A stretch of DNA of 64,000 bases from Bacteroidota bacterium (GTDB lineage Bacteria; Bacteroidota; Bacteroidia; Chitinophagales; JADIYW01). Positions within the stretch are counted from its first letter, which is position 1. Every line of letters begins with the position of its first letter. The position numbers and the translations under genes are program-made. Under the pieces are notes generated by a model. That model made no database searches and was not told where the DNA came from. It saw only the letters and a list, made by a program, of their open reading frames with translations. Positions 47,838 through 58,200 of this stretch are shown here, piece after piece. The stretch spans positions 7,098-71,097 of the forward strand of contig JAQBNI010000024.1 of NCBI GenBank assembly GCA_028288625.1, written 5' to 3'.

Positions 47838-48632
47838 TTAATACTCCAGCCTGATCTTTCTTTTAAATGAAATGTAGCCGGTATCTCTGATTTTTGCTAT
47901 CAGCAAGGCTTCAGATAAACGCGAATGGGTATCCGCAGTATAAGTATAATCGATCTGCAGAGCGCCATTGATCAGCTTTAACGGAAGTTTGGAAGGATAG
48001 TTTGAAACCGGAAGCGCGCGCAGCATCATCGGAATACTTCCGCAACCTAGTTCCACATCAGCAAACAACAACCACGACAGCGAAATACTCATATCATAAT
48101 AAGAATCGATGATGGTATCGTTTATATAACAGTGATCGTACGGATGAGCTTTATAAATAAACGACGTGTCATTTTTATAAGTATAGGCTCTTGACATATC
48201 ATTTACAGGATCCGTTATCGTTGTATATCCTGTTAACCTGTTACCATCGTATTGCAATCTCCTGCTCGTGCTGGAAGCGGGAGTCGGTTGAATGTCATTG
48301 TATTCTCTGAGTGTATAATAACTGGAATCAAAAATAATTTCCTGGTATGGAAGAGAGCCGTTCAAATAATTCAACAGGATCGCATGTCCCGAATTAAAAA
48401 TCGAATAATCAAATTTGTAAGAAGTGCCTCCAAGAATGATGCTGTCGAATTGCCCTGAATTTTCATTATAAAAAAGATCCATTTCGTATTGCAGGGTTTC
48501 CGCTTGTGTTGCCGGATCTACTGAAAATATTGATATTTTAGAAGGTAGTTGCCTGTATGTGATCCTGGGTGTATTATTATTCTTCTTGCATGCAAAAAGA
48601 AGGATCGCCATCACCCAGATATATTTCTTCAT
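47838..48632 (-). CDS. hypothetical lipoprotein
   Basis: LFAC lipobox followed by KK; Tyr-rich beta repeats. Confidence 0.72.
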   Translation of the reverse strand: MKKYIWVMAILLFACKKNNNTPRITYRQLPSKISIFSVDPATQAETLQYEMDLFYNENSGQFDSIILGGTSYKFDYSIFNSGHAILLNYLNGSLPYQEIIFDSSYYTLREYNDIQPTPASSTSRRLQYDGNRLTGYTTITDPVNDMSRAYTYKNDTSFIYKAHPYDHCYINDTIIDSYYDMSISLSWLLFADVELGCGSIPMMLRALPVSNYPSKLPLKLINGALQIDYTYTADTHSRLSEALLIAKIRDTGYISFKRKIRLEY

Positions 48633-48646
48633 GAAAGTTTGGATTA

Positions 48647-48862
48647 TTATTGAGGAACTACACCATTGCCAACTACCTTTGGCTTCCCCTTACCGCGCTT
48701 CTGCGGGTTGCCGGGACTCTTGGTTTGCTGCTTGCGCGATGCTTCGATTTTTTTCCAGTCGTTGTATTGGTCGGCAGGACAACCTACGCCCTTGTGACAT
48801 GACATTAAGATCACTGAAATAAAAAAGATCAGTATTACGCGGTGCAAATTATTTTTAAACAT
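48647..48862 (-). CDS. small hypothetical lipoprotein
   Basis: Likely start ATG 48862; LMSCHKGVGCP followed by a basic tail. Confidence 0.6.
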   Translation of the reverse strand: MFKNNLHRVILIFFISVILMSCHKGVGCPADQYNDWKKIEASRKQQTKSPGNPQKRGKGKPKVVGNGVVPQ

Positions 48863-48898
48863 GGAAATAAAGATATAAAACTCCGGCATAAAAACAAA

Positions 48899-49285
48899 CT
48901 ACGTATGCACGATAGCCGTGCATTCGATTTCCACGAGCATATCTTCCGTGATCAGCTTTGAGATCTGGTACATCCCGGTAGCGGGTTTTATCAGGCTGAA
49001 AAATTCACCGTGCGCGCGCGCAATATCTTCCCATTTGGAAATGTCGGTACAAAAAATACGCGTCCTCGTTACGTTCTTCATCCCTGCGCCGAATATATTT
49101 AATATCTTTTCAAATTTTTCAAGGATACATTTTGTCTGTGCATACGGATCATCCTTTCCCACGATCTTACCGTCAACCACAGCAGTCGTACCGGAAATTT
49201 CTATCGTGTTCCCCACCTTCACAGCACGCGCATATCCCACAATAGGCTCCCACGGTGTTCCTTCAATATATGTATGTCTTTCCAT
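48899..49285 (-). CDS. RidA/Rid family protein
   Basis: WEPIVGYARAVKVG, ISGTT, RTRIF, HGEFF, VEIEC. Confidence 0.92.
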   Translation of the reverse strand: MERHTYIEGTPWEPIVGYARAVKVGNTIEISGTTAVVDGKIVGKDDPYAQTKCILEKFEKILNIFGAGMKNVTRTRIFCTDISKWEDIARAHGEFFSLIKPATGMYQISKLITEDMLVEIECTAIVHT

Positions 49286-49326
49286 TTAAACTGATTAAGC
49301 TTCGCAGTACAATATATAAAACCTTT

Positions 49327-49821
49327 TCAGAAAGAAATAGTTTTTAATACTTCTGCTATGAGGTCGGGTTCATAACCTTTCTGAAGTGCGAACCGGATGA
49401 GCTTTTGTCTTTGCTTGATAGCATCGGCTTCGCGTATCGATCTTAATTTTTTTTCGAGCACATCCTGTAAGCGCAGAAAATACATGCCCTCATCAATTTC
49501 TCTTATGATCGGCAATATCTTTTTTTCATCGATGTGTCTTCGCTTTAATTCATCAACGATCTTTCGCTTGCCCCAGTTTTTTATATTGAATTTGCCGCGC
49601 GCGAAAGCTGTAATAAACCGGTCCTCATCTAAAAAATTATTTGCTTTTAAATAGTTTAAGTAAAAGTCAACGTCTTTCTGATCTACGGCAAGCAGATACA
49701 TTTTCTGTTTTACTTCGTATTCGCAGCGCTCGCGGTAAGCGCAATAATTTTCAAGCTTCTGGATGGTTTGCTCCTTCGTGAGTTCTTCCGACAGCTCCTT
49801 TTTAAATTTGATATTTTGCAT
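49327..49821 (-). CDS. recX: regulatory protein RecX
   Basis: YCAYRERCEYEV, FLDEDRF, KNWGKRKI, LQKGYE. Confidence 0.92.
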   Translation of the reverse strand: MQNIKFKKELSEELTKEQTIQKLENYCAYRERCEYEVKQKMYLLAVDQKDVDFYLNYLKANNFLDEDRFITAFARGKFNIKNWGKRKIVDELKRRHIDEKKILPIIREIDEGMYFLRLQDVLEKKLRSIREADAIKQRQKLIRFALQKGYEPDLIAEVLKTISF

Positions 49822-49831
49822 CTTTCACTAT

Positions 49832-50080
49832 TTAAATATCCCAAACCGGGTTGCGCTTGGTTTTGATCATAAATCGAAGATTAAGGACAAAAGTGAGGAT
49901 CAAATAAATGATGATGGGGGAACCTAATGCGATGAACGAAGCGTAGATAAAAAACAGGCGGACCTTCTTTGAAGGCATGGATAGCTTTCTTCCCAAATAG
50001 GAACAGACGCCATAAATGCTCATTTCAAAAATGTCGCGCGGTGAACGGAATTGCAGTATTTTCAGCGGCTTTTCCAGCAT
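49832..50080 (-). CDS. PspC domain protein
   Basis: YGVCSYLG...VRLFFIYASF..GSP..IYL. Confidence 0.88.
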   Translation of the reverse strand: MLEKPLKILQFRSPRDIFEMSIYGVCSYLGRKLSMPSKKVRLFFIYASFIALGSPIIIYLILTFVLNLRFMIKTKRNPVWDI

Positions 50081-50306
50081 GTACTAAAGTTAAAAAATTA
50101 TTTTTAAGGGTGAGAATTTTTGACACATATAATAAGGCTTTACAGACAAAAAAAATTCGATTTATAACCTTAAAACGTGCAATTCTTTATTAACCAAAGT
50201 AAGCGCGAAACAGATCGGGATCTTTCGCTTTGCTCAAGATGACGGCGCTCGTGACGCCCGATCGGTACAATGACGGCGCTCATAACATGTGAGGAAATTC
50301 TCATAA

Positions 50307-51560
50307 TTATATGGTTGATCTTAGAATTTTATGACCGATCGCGCATTCCAGGCAGCGTTTTTTTGTGCAGTAACTGTCGTACAGCTCAATCAATGCCTGG
50401 CTGTTAAACGCATTGTTCTGTTGCCATTCTGTTACATCGAAGATTCTTGTCTTATTATTTTCTTCTCCATGCATTCCATACAACAAACTGAATGCACGAT
50501 CGATATACTTTTCTGTTCCGGAAAATATTCCATAAGCATACAGCAACGGCGCTGTTACATTGATCTGCAATGTTGTTCTGAATTCATCACCAAGCATTTT
50601 ATTTTTTATTTTCACGGGCTTGTCGAAAATGTAATGCTCCTTCCAGTAATCTGAAACTTTTATGTCATCAAATATTTTTGCAGGATCATCGAGCGATATC
50701 ATTTTATTAAAGAAGGGCATTTGTTTCAGCAGCTGCGCGAACCATGCAATGCGGATTGTCGGGAATGATGCAGGTCGCATGCGAAGGAATTGCCATTGGT
50801 GTTCCTGCATTTGCTTTACGTGATATTTGTGTTTCAGGAAATCATATTCTTTCTTTAACCGCAGAGGATATTTCTCCGAAAATTCTTTCTCTAAGAAACC
50901 CGCAGATCCAAACAATAATGCTTCAAGGCGAAAAGAATCATTGGTATATTTCAACAATAATTTATAATCCAGAAATCTCGTGAGCAGTTCGAAAGGCTCT
51001 TTATTTACAGGGCTTCCGAAGTACTTACCGCATAGCTCATAGCAAGTTTTTTCCCAGTCGTTTTTATTTACTGCAAGTCTTGAAAGTATCTCTTTTGATT
51101 TTCTTTCCAGTCGTTCTATCACTAATCTTTCTTTCCAGTTCTCGATGGTAAACTGATCAATTCCCTGCGATAAATTCTGACAGATAAGATCCTGCCGCGA
51201 CAGCATCATGGATTCATATTTCTCCAGCAAGATGGAAGAGATGCGCCCGTTCAATTCCAGCGTAGGCAGAGCCGCATACGACTCATCATTAAATAAAACA
51301 ACATGCAGAATTACATTGTCATATTTTTTATCGCGGTGGTGCCGGTGCAGCTTCCAGTCGGATGCGTGAATATGCAATTCAATATTGCCAATGAAAATAA
51401 TATCTTCTATTTTTATTTTCGCATTCCAGAAATCGGGACCTCCGTCTTTATTGTATTTCCCAAAATCCAAAATTTGCAGATCAATGCCTGAACTTGTTTT
51501 AAGGTCCTTCGTATTGAATAATCTGTTTTGCCAGATGAAATGCAGCAGGTGTTCTTTCAT
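50307..51560 (-). CDS. DUF2851 family protein
   Basis: MKEHLLHFIWQ, GPDFWNAKI, GNIELH..SDW..H.H, FLRMRPASFPTIR, C...CLECAIG. Start moved to ATG 51560. Confidence 0.9.
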   Translation of the reverse strand: MKEHLLHFIWQNRLFNTKDLKTSSGIDLQILDFGKYNKDGGPDFWNAKIKIEDIIFIGNIELHIHASDWKLHRHHRDKKYDNVILHVVLFNDESYAALPTLELNGRISSILLEKYESMMLSRQDLICQNLSQGIDQFTIENWKERLVIERLERKSKEILSRLAVNKNDWEKTCYELCGKYFGSPVNKEPFELLTRFLDYKLLLKYTNDSFRLEALLFGSAGFLEKEFSEKYPLRLKKEYDFLKHKYHVKQMQEHQWQFLRMRPASFPTIRIAWFAQLLKQMPFFNKMISLDDPAKIFDDIKVSDYWKEHYIFDKPVKIKNKMLGDEFRTTLQINVTAPLLYAYGIFSGTEKYIDRAFSLLYGMHGEENNKTRIFDVTEWQQNNAFNSQALIELYDSYCTKKRCLECAIGHKILRSTI

Positions 51561-51623
51561 AACTCTCTTTTCTATTGAGAGACAAGAAGAGATCAAATTC
51601 CATAAATCCTGCTTAATTTTTTT

Positions 51624-51657
51624 TAGGGATGCCATCGCTTAAGCGATGGCATCCCTA
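51624..51657. repeat. perfect 34-bp loopless palindrome
   Basis: TAGGGATGCCATCGCTT|AAGCGATGGCATCCCTA; shares its core with 28049-28081. Confidence 0.85.
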
Positions 51658-51670
51658 TAGCGATAGAAAT

Positions 51671-51699
51671 AAAAAAAGCTGCCTCCTTAGAAGCAGCTT
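51671..51699 (-). terminator. intrinsic terminator after the OmpA-family gene
   Basis: Minus strand AAGCTGCTTC-TAAG-GAGGCAGCTT followed by a T-run. Confidence 0.75.
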
Positions 51700-51725
51700 A
51701 TAAAATAATCCAGTTGATTTTATTT

Positions 51726-54104
51726 TTAGAATGGGCAAACCTTACACGGATCTACCTGCATATCGAAGCGTTCCAGTGATTTGATATCCATATCGCCACC
51801 GACTACTCTGAATTCCGTACGACGGTTTCTCTGGTGTTCGTATTCCGTACAAGGTACATTATCCGTACAACCATTTCGCGGTTTGCTTTCACCATATCCC
51901 TTCGGTTTAAGGCGTTTCTTTGGAATGCCGCGCGCTACTAACCAGTCTACAACAGATTGTGCACGTCGCTGAGATAAGCGGATGTTATAATCAAATGGTG
52001 CACGCGCATCTGTGTGTGAAGATATTTCCACGATGGTTGCTGCATTTTCCTGCATGAAACCTAAGAGCTTATTTAATTCAGGCTCACTTTCTTTACGGAT
52101 ATACCATTTATCGAAGTCATAATAAATATCTTTTAATTCCACTGCCTGTCCTGTATCACCAGGGATCTTGTCGAGGATCACTTCCACTTCTCTCGGGTTC
52201 ACACCGCAAGTCCTGTCTATTAAACAAAGACTGTCATTTCTTGAAGCTGTTACACTTCCCGGTAAATATCCAGGTGCATTTGCCACAACGATATAATCGC
52301 AATCACAGCGTACTACTTCGCATATTTTTCCGCTGTCGTCTGTTGTGAATGCTTTTGTCCAACCTTCACACTGGCTGGATAATAATATTTTTGCATTTGC
52401 CAAAGGCTGTAATCCTCTTTTCGCAAAATCACCTAACATTGTATCTGTAGTAGCTTTTAATGTTTTACCCAATACCCAAACGCGCATAGCGTATTGACGC
52501 GATGGCATCAACGGTATTCTTACAAATACTTTTCCGCCTGCAGTAACGCCTCTTGTAGTTGCCGTTACGGAATCATTAGGTGCATATCCATCAGCGCTGG
52601 CATTGAAAGCATAATCCGTATTTCTTACTACATTGAATTCAAATTTACCGTCACACTCTGTTGTCGTTCTGCCACGCTCAGACATATCCGCTTTAGATTT
52701 CATCACCACCTTGCTGGTGCAGATAGGCTTGCCTGTGATCGCATCTACCACGATACCTTCAAGATCAATTCCTTCATCCGTGAATGTATAAATATCATCT
52801 ATACCTTTAGTGTCTCCGCGGTTTGTACTAAAATATCCATAGCTTCTGTCTTTTCCGTAATGCAAACTAAAGTCATCATAAGAACTGTTGATCGGCGCAC
52901 CGATGTTCTTGATCTTTCCCCATTTACCTGTCGTTTCATTATATTTTACGCGGAAGATATCCAATCCACCTAATCCGCCATGAGCATCTGATGCAAAGAA
53001 TAATTCTCCTGTGCTGTCAACCCATGGAAACATTTCTCTTCCTTCCGTATTAATTTCCGGTCCGAGATTTTTTGGTGTTCCCCATTCTCCGCCGCCGCTG
53101 CTGTCTTTTTTAGTTACATAAATATCCATCATGCCATAGCCTCCCGGCATATCGCTGACGAAATACATTGTATTTCCATCGGCAGTTAATGCAGGGTGAC
53201 CCACACTATACTCGTCGTTATTATAAGCAAACGGCTTATCATTCTTCCATGTTCTTCCATCCACTTCTGAATAGTAAATTTTCAGCTTGATGATCTTATC
53301 GGAACTGGCTTTTGTTTTTCCGTTTTCGTAATTATTTCTCGTGAAATAAACATGAGATTTATCCGGTGTGAATGACAATGTTCCTTCGTGGTATTTTGTC
53401 GCAGCATCGCCCTTCATTCTTTCAGGTTTTCCAAACTGGTCCTTATCTCCTTTCACAAACCACATGTCAAAGAATTCGGTACCCGTCCATGTTGAAATTC
53501 TGCTGATTGCTTTTGCACTATCGCGTGAAGAAGAGTATACCAATCCGTCGTTAAATAAAGCGGAAGCAAAATCGTATCCGGTACTGTTGAATGAAAGATC
53601 TTTTACTGTATAGCGATCACGGGTTAAAAGGAACTGACCATAATCGGAGCAGGCTTTCATTTCCATTGCAGACCGCCTGTCTTCAGGTACTTCCTCTTTA
53701 TATTTTGCATAGTATTTTGCAGCCTCTTCATATTTTCCATCTGCCTGTAACATTTGTGCGAGGTACAATTTATATTTCGGTTCTACTCCACCTTTAGCTA
53801 CTGCCTTGCTGTACCAGTATTCTGCCTTATCGAAACGCGAGGTCTGGCGGTAACAATCGCCGAGATGTGCCATCGCGGTTGCATTACTATCGTGTTTCTG
53901 GAGATAGCTCTCAAACACAGGTATAGCTTCGAAATAAGAAAGATCATTGTACAATTTCTCAGCTTTACTGACGCCACCCGGAATGGGTCCTTTGACACCA
54001 CCGCCTTCGATATCCTGGGCTTTTGCGGGTCGAATAGTCAATAGCAACAATAATATCGCTACTATTAACTTGCTGATCTGAACTGATGTTTGTTTGGTAT
54101 TCAT
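51726..54104 (-). CDS. OmpA family protein with TPR, PD40 propeller and carboxypeptidase-regulatory-like domains (PorE-like)
   Basis: TPR helices, PD40 repeats (YFVSDMPGGYG, NLGPEINTEGREMFP, GLGGLDIF), OmpA domain (IYYDFDK, SHTDAR, LSQRRA, NRRTEF). Confidence 0.92.
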   Translation of the reverse strand: MNTKQTSVQISKLIVAILLLLLTIRPAKAQDIEGGGVKGPIPGGVSKAEKLYNDLSYFEAIPVFESYLQKHDSNATAMAHLGDCYRQTSRFDKAEYWYSKAVAKGGVEPKYKLYLAQMLQADGKYEEAAKYYAKYKEEVPEDRRSAMEMKACSDYGQFLLTRDRYTVKDLSFNSTGYDFASALFNDGLVYSSSRDSAKAISRISTWTGTEFFDMWFVKGDKDQFGKPERMKGDAATKYHEGTLSFTPDKSHVYFTRNNYENGKTKASSDKIIKLKIYYSEVDGRTWKNDKPFAYNNDEYSVGHPALTADGNTMYFVSDMPGGYGMMDIYVTKKDSSGGGEWGTPKNLGPEINTEGREMFPWVDSTGELFFASDAHGGLGGLDIFRVKYNETTGKWGKIKNIGAPINSSYDDFSLHYGKDRSYGYFSTNRGDTKGIDDIYTFTDEGIDLEGIVVDAITGKPICTSKVVMKSKADMSERGRTTTECDGKFEFNVVRNTDYAFNASADGYAPNDSVTATTRGVTAGGKVFVRIPLMPSRQYAMRVWVLGKTLKATTDTMLGDFAKRGLQPLANAKILLSSQCEGWTKAFTTDDSGKICEVVRCDCDYIVVANAPGYLPGSVTASRNDSLCLIDRTCGVNPREVEVILDKIPGDTGQAVELKDIYYDFDKWYIRKESEPELNKLLGFMQENAATIVEISSHTDARAPFDYNIRLSQRRAQSVVDWLVARGIPKKRLKPKGYGESKPRNGCTDNVPCTEYEHQRNRRTEFRVVGGDMDIKSLERFDMQVDPCKVCPF

Positions 54105-54164
54105 AACTTAGCAATATCTTTTTGTGGTTTAGGTATCTTTTGTGTTTCCAGTTTAGATTCTTTA

Positions 54165-55172
54165 TTAGAAATATCTTGGTGTAATTACTCTTTTCTTTTC
54201 GAATGCAAAATCATAACCGAGAATGATCTCATGGCTACCGCGATTGTAATTTCCCAACTTGGTTAATATATAGTCATACGAATAGCCGATCATCAATTGT
54301 TTTGTAGGCCATACTTCAAGCATAACATCAAAGCTATCACCGCCTGTCAGTTTCACATCATTGTTTTTATTTGCTACTGAAGTACGGTATGATCCCCCGA
54401 TGTTAACACGGTTATAGATCAATAAGCTCAGGTTAAAATCGAGTGTGTGCGGAATTCGCTGATCAGCGCTTCCAAGATAACGGTACATCATCTGTGGTCT
54501 TATCATCAATACTTTTCCCGCAGGGATAACACCACCCACCATTGCATTAAAATGCGCTGTAAGTTTTGCATCCGATCCGTTCGTATTTTTTGCATTAAGA
54601 TCTCCTTTTATAAAATTAGGAACTCCAAATCCAAAATAAAAATAAGGGTGATAGATATATATCCCTGCTCCTACATGCGGAAGTACACGGCTCACATTTT
54701 GATTCAATGCAAGATCTCCTGCAGTACCATCAGTAGTAATAGAACCTGCAAGGTTTGCTTTATACCACATCATACCGGCGTTTATTCCCAAACTCAGTTT
54801 CACTTTCTTACCCAAGGCGAGCCTGTAAGCAAAAATTCCGTCAAACGAGTTCGTTTGTGTGATCCCTAAACGGTCATTTACAAAGTTAAATCCAAGTGCA
54901 AAATGATCGTTTTTCAGTGGACTGTGAATACTGAATACTGCTGTTTGCGGCGATCCGGGAATTCCTCCCCCCTTGTTACCTGCCCATTGCAACCTGTAGG
55001 ATGCGCGTATACTTAAAACTTCCCTTGATCCGGCGTAGGCAGGATTTGCAGGCAATTTATTGTACATGAACTGCGTATATTGCGGGTCCTGTTGTGCTTT
55101 CGCAGCCAGTATGCTTCCTATCAGTAAGATGATAGTCGCAATAATCTTTGTTCTTAGTAGATAGTTTATCAT
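54165..55172 (-). CDS. type IX secretion PorP/SprF family beta-barrel
   Basis: AQQDPQYTQFMYN..NPAYAG, YRLQW, GYSYD, GSHEI, C-terminal PRYF; downstream of a type B CTD protein. Confidence 0.94.
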   Translation of the reverse strand: MINYLLRTKIIATIILLIGSILAAKAQQDPQYTQFMYNKLPANPAYAGSREVLSIRASYRLQWAGNKGGGIPGSPQTAVFSIHSPLKNDHFALGFNFVNDRLGITQTNSFDGIFAYRLALGKKVKLSLGINAGMMWYKANLAGSITTDGTAGDLALNQNVSRVLPHVGAGIYIYHPYFYFGFGVPNFIKGDLNAKNTNGSDAKLTAHFNAMVGGVIPAGKVLMIRPQMMYRYLGSADQRIPHTLDFNLSLLIYNRVNIGGSYRTSVANKNNDVKLTGGDSFDVMLEVWPTKQLMIGYSYDYILTKLGNYNRGSHEIILGYDFAFEKKRVITPRYF

Positions 55173-55205
55173 TGCTTATAATTTATTTTTTATGATTTGG
55201 TGATG

Positions 55206-55226
55206 CGGGGCAGAAAATCTGCCCCG
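55206..55226. promoter_or_regulatory. GC-rich hairpin between the giant substrate gene and the porP-like gene
   Basis: CGGGGCAGA-AAA-TCTGCCCCG with no adjacent U-tract on the minus strand; mRNA stabiliser or weak terminator. Confidence 0.5.
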
Positions 55227-55240
55227 ATCTCCATTTTGTT

Positions 55241-58200
55241 TTATCTGTGTAATGTAATAAATCCTGCTCTGTTAATGTCTTCGTTGTTGGTCGTGATATA
55301 CTTCAGCACGTAGTAATATGTACCATCCGGAAGTGGTGCACCCTTGTATTTACCATCCCAATCATTCAGGTATGCATCATTCCTGTACACTTCAATACCC
55401 CATCTGTTGTATACACTGAATTCAATAGGTCCGCTAAAGCAAGGTATCTTGAAGTAATCGTTGATACCATCACCATTTGGTGAGAATGCATTCGGTATTT
55501 CACAATTATCTTGCTTAATCGTGATGAACACCCATGCAGTATCACATCCTTCTGCTCCCGGAGGATCACAGATCTGGTACTGGAAGCTATCAACGCCGGT
55601 GTAACCATTTGCAGGTGTGTACGTGATCGTACCATCCCCGTTATCTGCTGCCGTACCATGTGTCGGTTGTGTAACCACTCCACCTGTAGTAGGTAATGCT
55701 AACGGATCCTGGTCGTATGATGTATCGTTAACCAATACGTGTACTACTACCGGTGTATTAATAGTCGTTATTGTTGTATCGTTCACTGCAACAGGAGGGA
55801 ATCCTGTGAGTGTAATGAAGATTGACGTCGTTGCATCTGTGTGTGTTACTGTATCAGTTGCCTTTATACAGAATGCATCAAAGTATACATACCATAATGA
55901 ATCAGCTGTAGGTAAACCCGGGATCGATGCACTATCACTTAATGTATGAAGTGAGTCTGCATGAGGAGTTTTGATTGGACCTGCATGGTATATAAAGCAT
56001 CCGTTTACAATCGACCATGTTCCATATGGACTTGTTCCGCTTGTTGCACCATCACACGAAGTATATACAGTATTAGTTGTAGTTGCCGATGGATTTGCAA
56101 TATTACAGTGAATCGTATCCGTCTTAATAGGTATCGTATCAATGATGTCGACATGTAAAGGAGGACAATCACCGAATCGAACATTCAATCTCAGAACACT
56201 ATCACATGCCAGTGGATTATTCGGATTAGATATGTTAATGAAGTACACTCCAGCTGTATATACGCTATCACGGAATATAACTGTTTGCTGGTTACAAGCT
56301 ATCACTGCTTCCATAGGAACAGTATCCAGACTATTCACCGTCAGGTGCAATAACAATGTATCCCTGCAAACATTAACCGGGTAAATGATCTGGTACGTTC
56401 CTGTTGCAGTAAATGTTTGTCCTGCAAATGTTACTGATTTACCAAAACATACAGCGGTATCTAAAGTTGTTTTTGTTCCGCCTATTGACACGTCTAAATG
56501 TAAGTTAATGATACTATCGCAACCAACAGAGTTTTGAACAATTACTGTATAATCTCCTGTAGTATTGAACGTCTGACCGCCTACCACTATCGCCTGACCG
56601 TCACAAATTGTTTCATTCAGCGTTGTCTTAGACACCGCACGTGTAACAAGTACTAACTTAATAATAGAAGGACAATTGCCATTCACAACCGGGATAAAGA
56701 ATGTACCCGCAGATGAGAATACCTGTCCGCCTACTGTGATGCTGTCACTTGAACAGATTGTTTGATTCAACAGTGTAGTATCTCCATTCAATACTGTTAA
56801 GTTCAAAGTAACTATACTATCGCAACCTTTTGAATTGGTTAATGTAACAAGGTGAGTACCGGTCGTAAAGAATACATCCGCCCCTATCATGACCGATTGA
56901 CCGTTGCATATAGCAGTGTCTATTGTTTTGCGCGATATTGGATTTACAAACACTCTCAACGCATATATGCTATCGCAGCCCAATGAGTTTATTGTTGTAA
57001 TTGTATACAAACCTGCCTGGCTGTATATCTGTCCGTTCACCGTTACGAATCCACCCTCGCATATGTTTGCAACGACCGTTGCACCTTCAGTTCCGTCATT
57101 GACGATGAGGTTCAATTTAACGACACCCAAACACTGTCCGTTCTGGAACGGTATGTAATACGTTCCTGCCTGGGTGAATATATGTCCTCCGATATCAACG
57201 AAGTCTCCTGCGCAGATCTTACGGTCTGTTACAATCGTATCTTGTTTTAAGAATACAAGGTTCAGCTTAATGATACTGTCGCATCCTTCAGATGATTGCA
57301 GTACAATTATTGAATCCGTTACGCTTGTTGTGAATACCTGTCCTCCTGCGAGCACCTGTTGTCCATCACACAATACTGCATCAATATTAGTGTGTTTAAC
57401 CGGTCGGACGATGAGATTCAGATGTACTGTGCTATCGCAGTATAATCCTGTAGTATCCCTGATGACAACAGTATAATATCCTGTCAGGCTAAATGTATTA
57501 CCACCTACAACTACACTTCCGCCTTCACAGATGTTTCGTTCTATAGTGAAATCAATCTTGTCATCCACGATCAGGTTCAGCAATAACGTATCTCTACATA
57601 CATCCACCGGATAAATGATCTGGTATGTACCTGTTGAGCTGAATGTTTGTCCTGCAAATGTCAGGCTGTGACCGAAGCAAATGGTTGTATCGAGACTTGA
57701 CTTAGTTCCGCCTATAGATACATTCAGGTTTAAGGTGATCAAGCTATCACAACCTGCAGAATTTTGCAATGTGATCGCATACGTACCCGTAGTTGTAAAT
57801 GTTTGTCCGCCTATCACTACTGCCTGACCTTCGCATATCGCTTTGTCTATAGTTACTTTTGAAACGCCACGTACATCCAGCACTAATTTTATCACTGAAT
57901 TACATACTCCATTTACAACAGGTATAAAATATGTACCTGCCGAGCTGAATACTTGTCCGCCAATTGTAATACTGTCATCTGAACAGATCGACTGATTCAG
58001 CGTAGTAGTATCTCCGCTCAATACAGAGAGGTTTAGTGTAACGATGCTATCGCATCCTGTTGCACCCACCAGTGTAACTACGTGGGTTCCGCTTGTATTG
58101 AATATCTGCGCACCTACTGCAAATGTCTGACCGCTGCATATAGCAGTATCTATAGTAGTATGTGCTGTCGGAGTTACCGTAAGGTTCAATGCAATGGTGC

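Noticed and set aside
15097..51635. Apparent N-terminal extensions on RuvA, L13, EF-Ts, GldD and DUF2851 (also Hsp15 and GrpB earlier in the window)
   Set aside because: Artefacts of longest-ORF calling; the extensions run through promoter, repeat or upstream-gene sequence, and downstream starts match family N-termini.
101..54869. Short overlapping ORFs antisense to housekeeping genes (e.g. 2312-2779, 5103-5531, 44585-45007, 52494-52973)
   Set aside because: They lie within well-supported genes on the other strand or frame and have no recognisable motifs.
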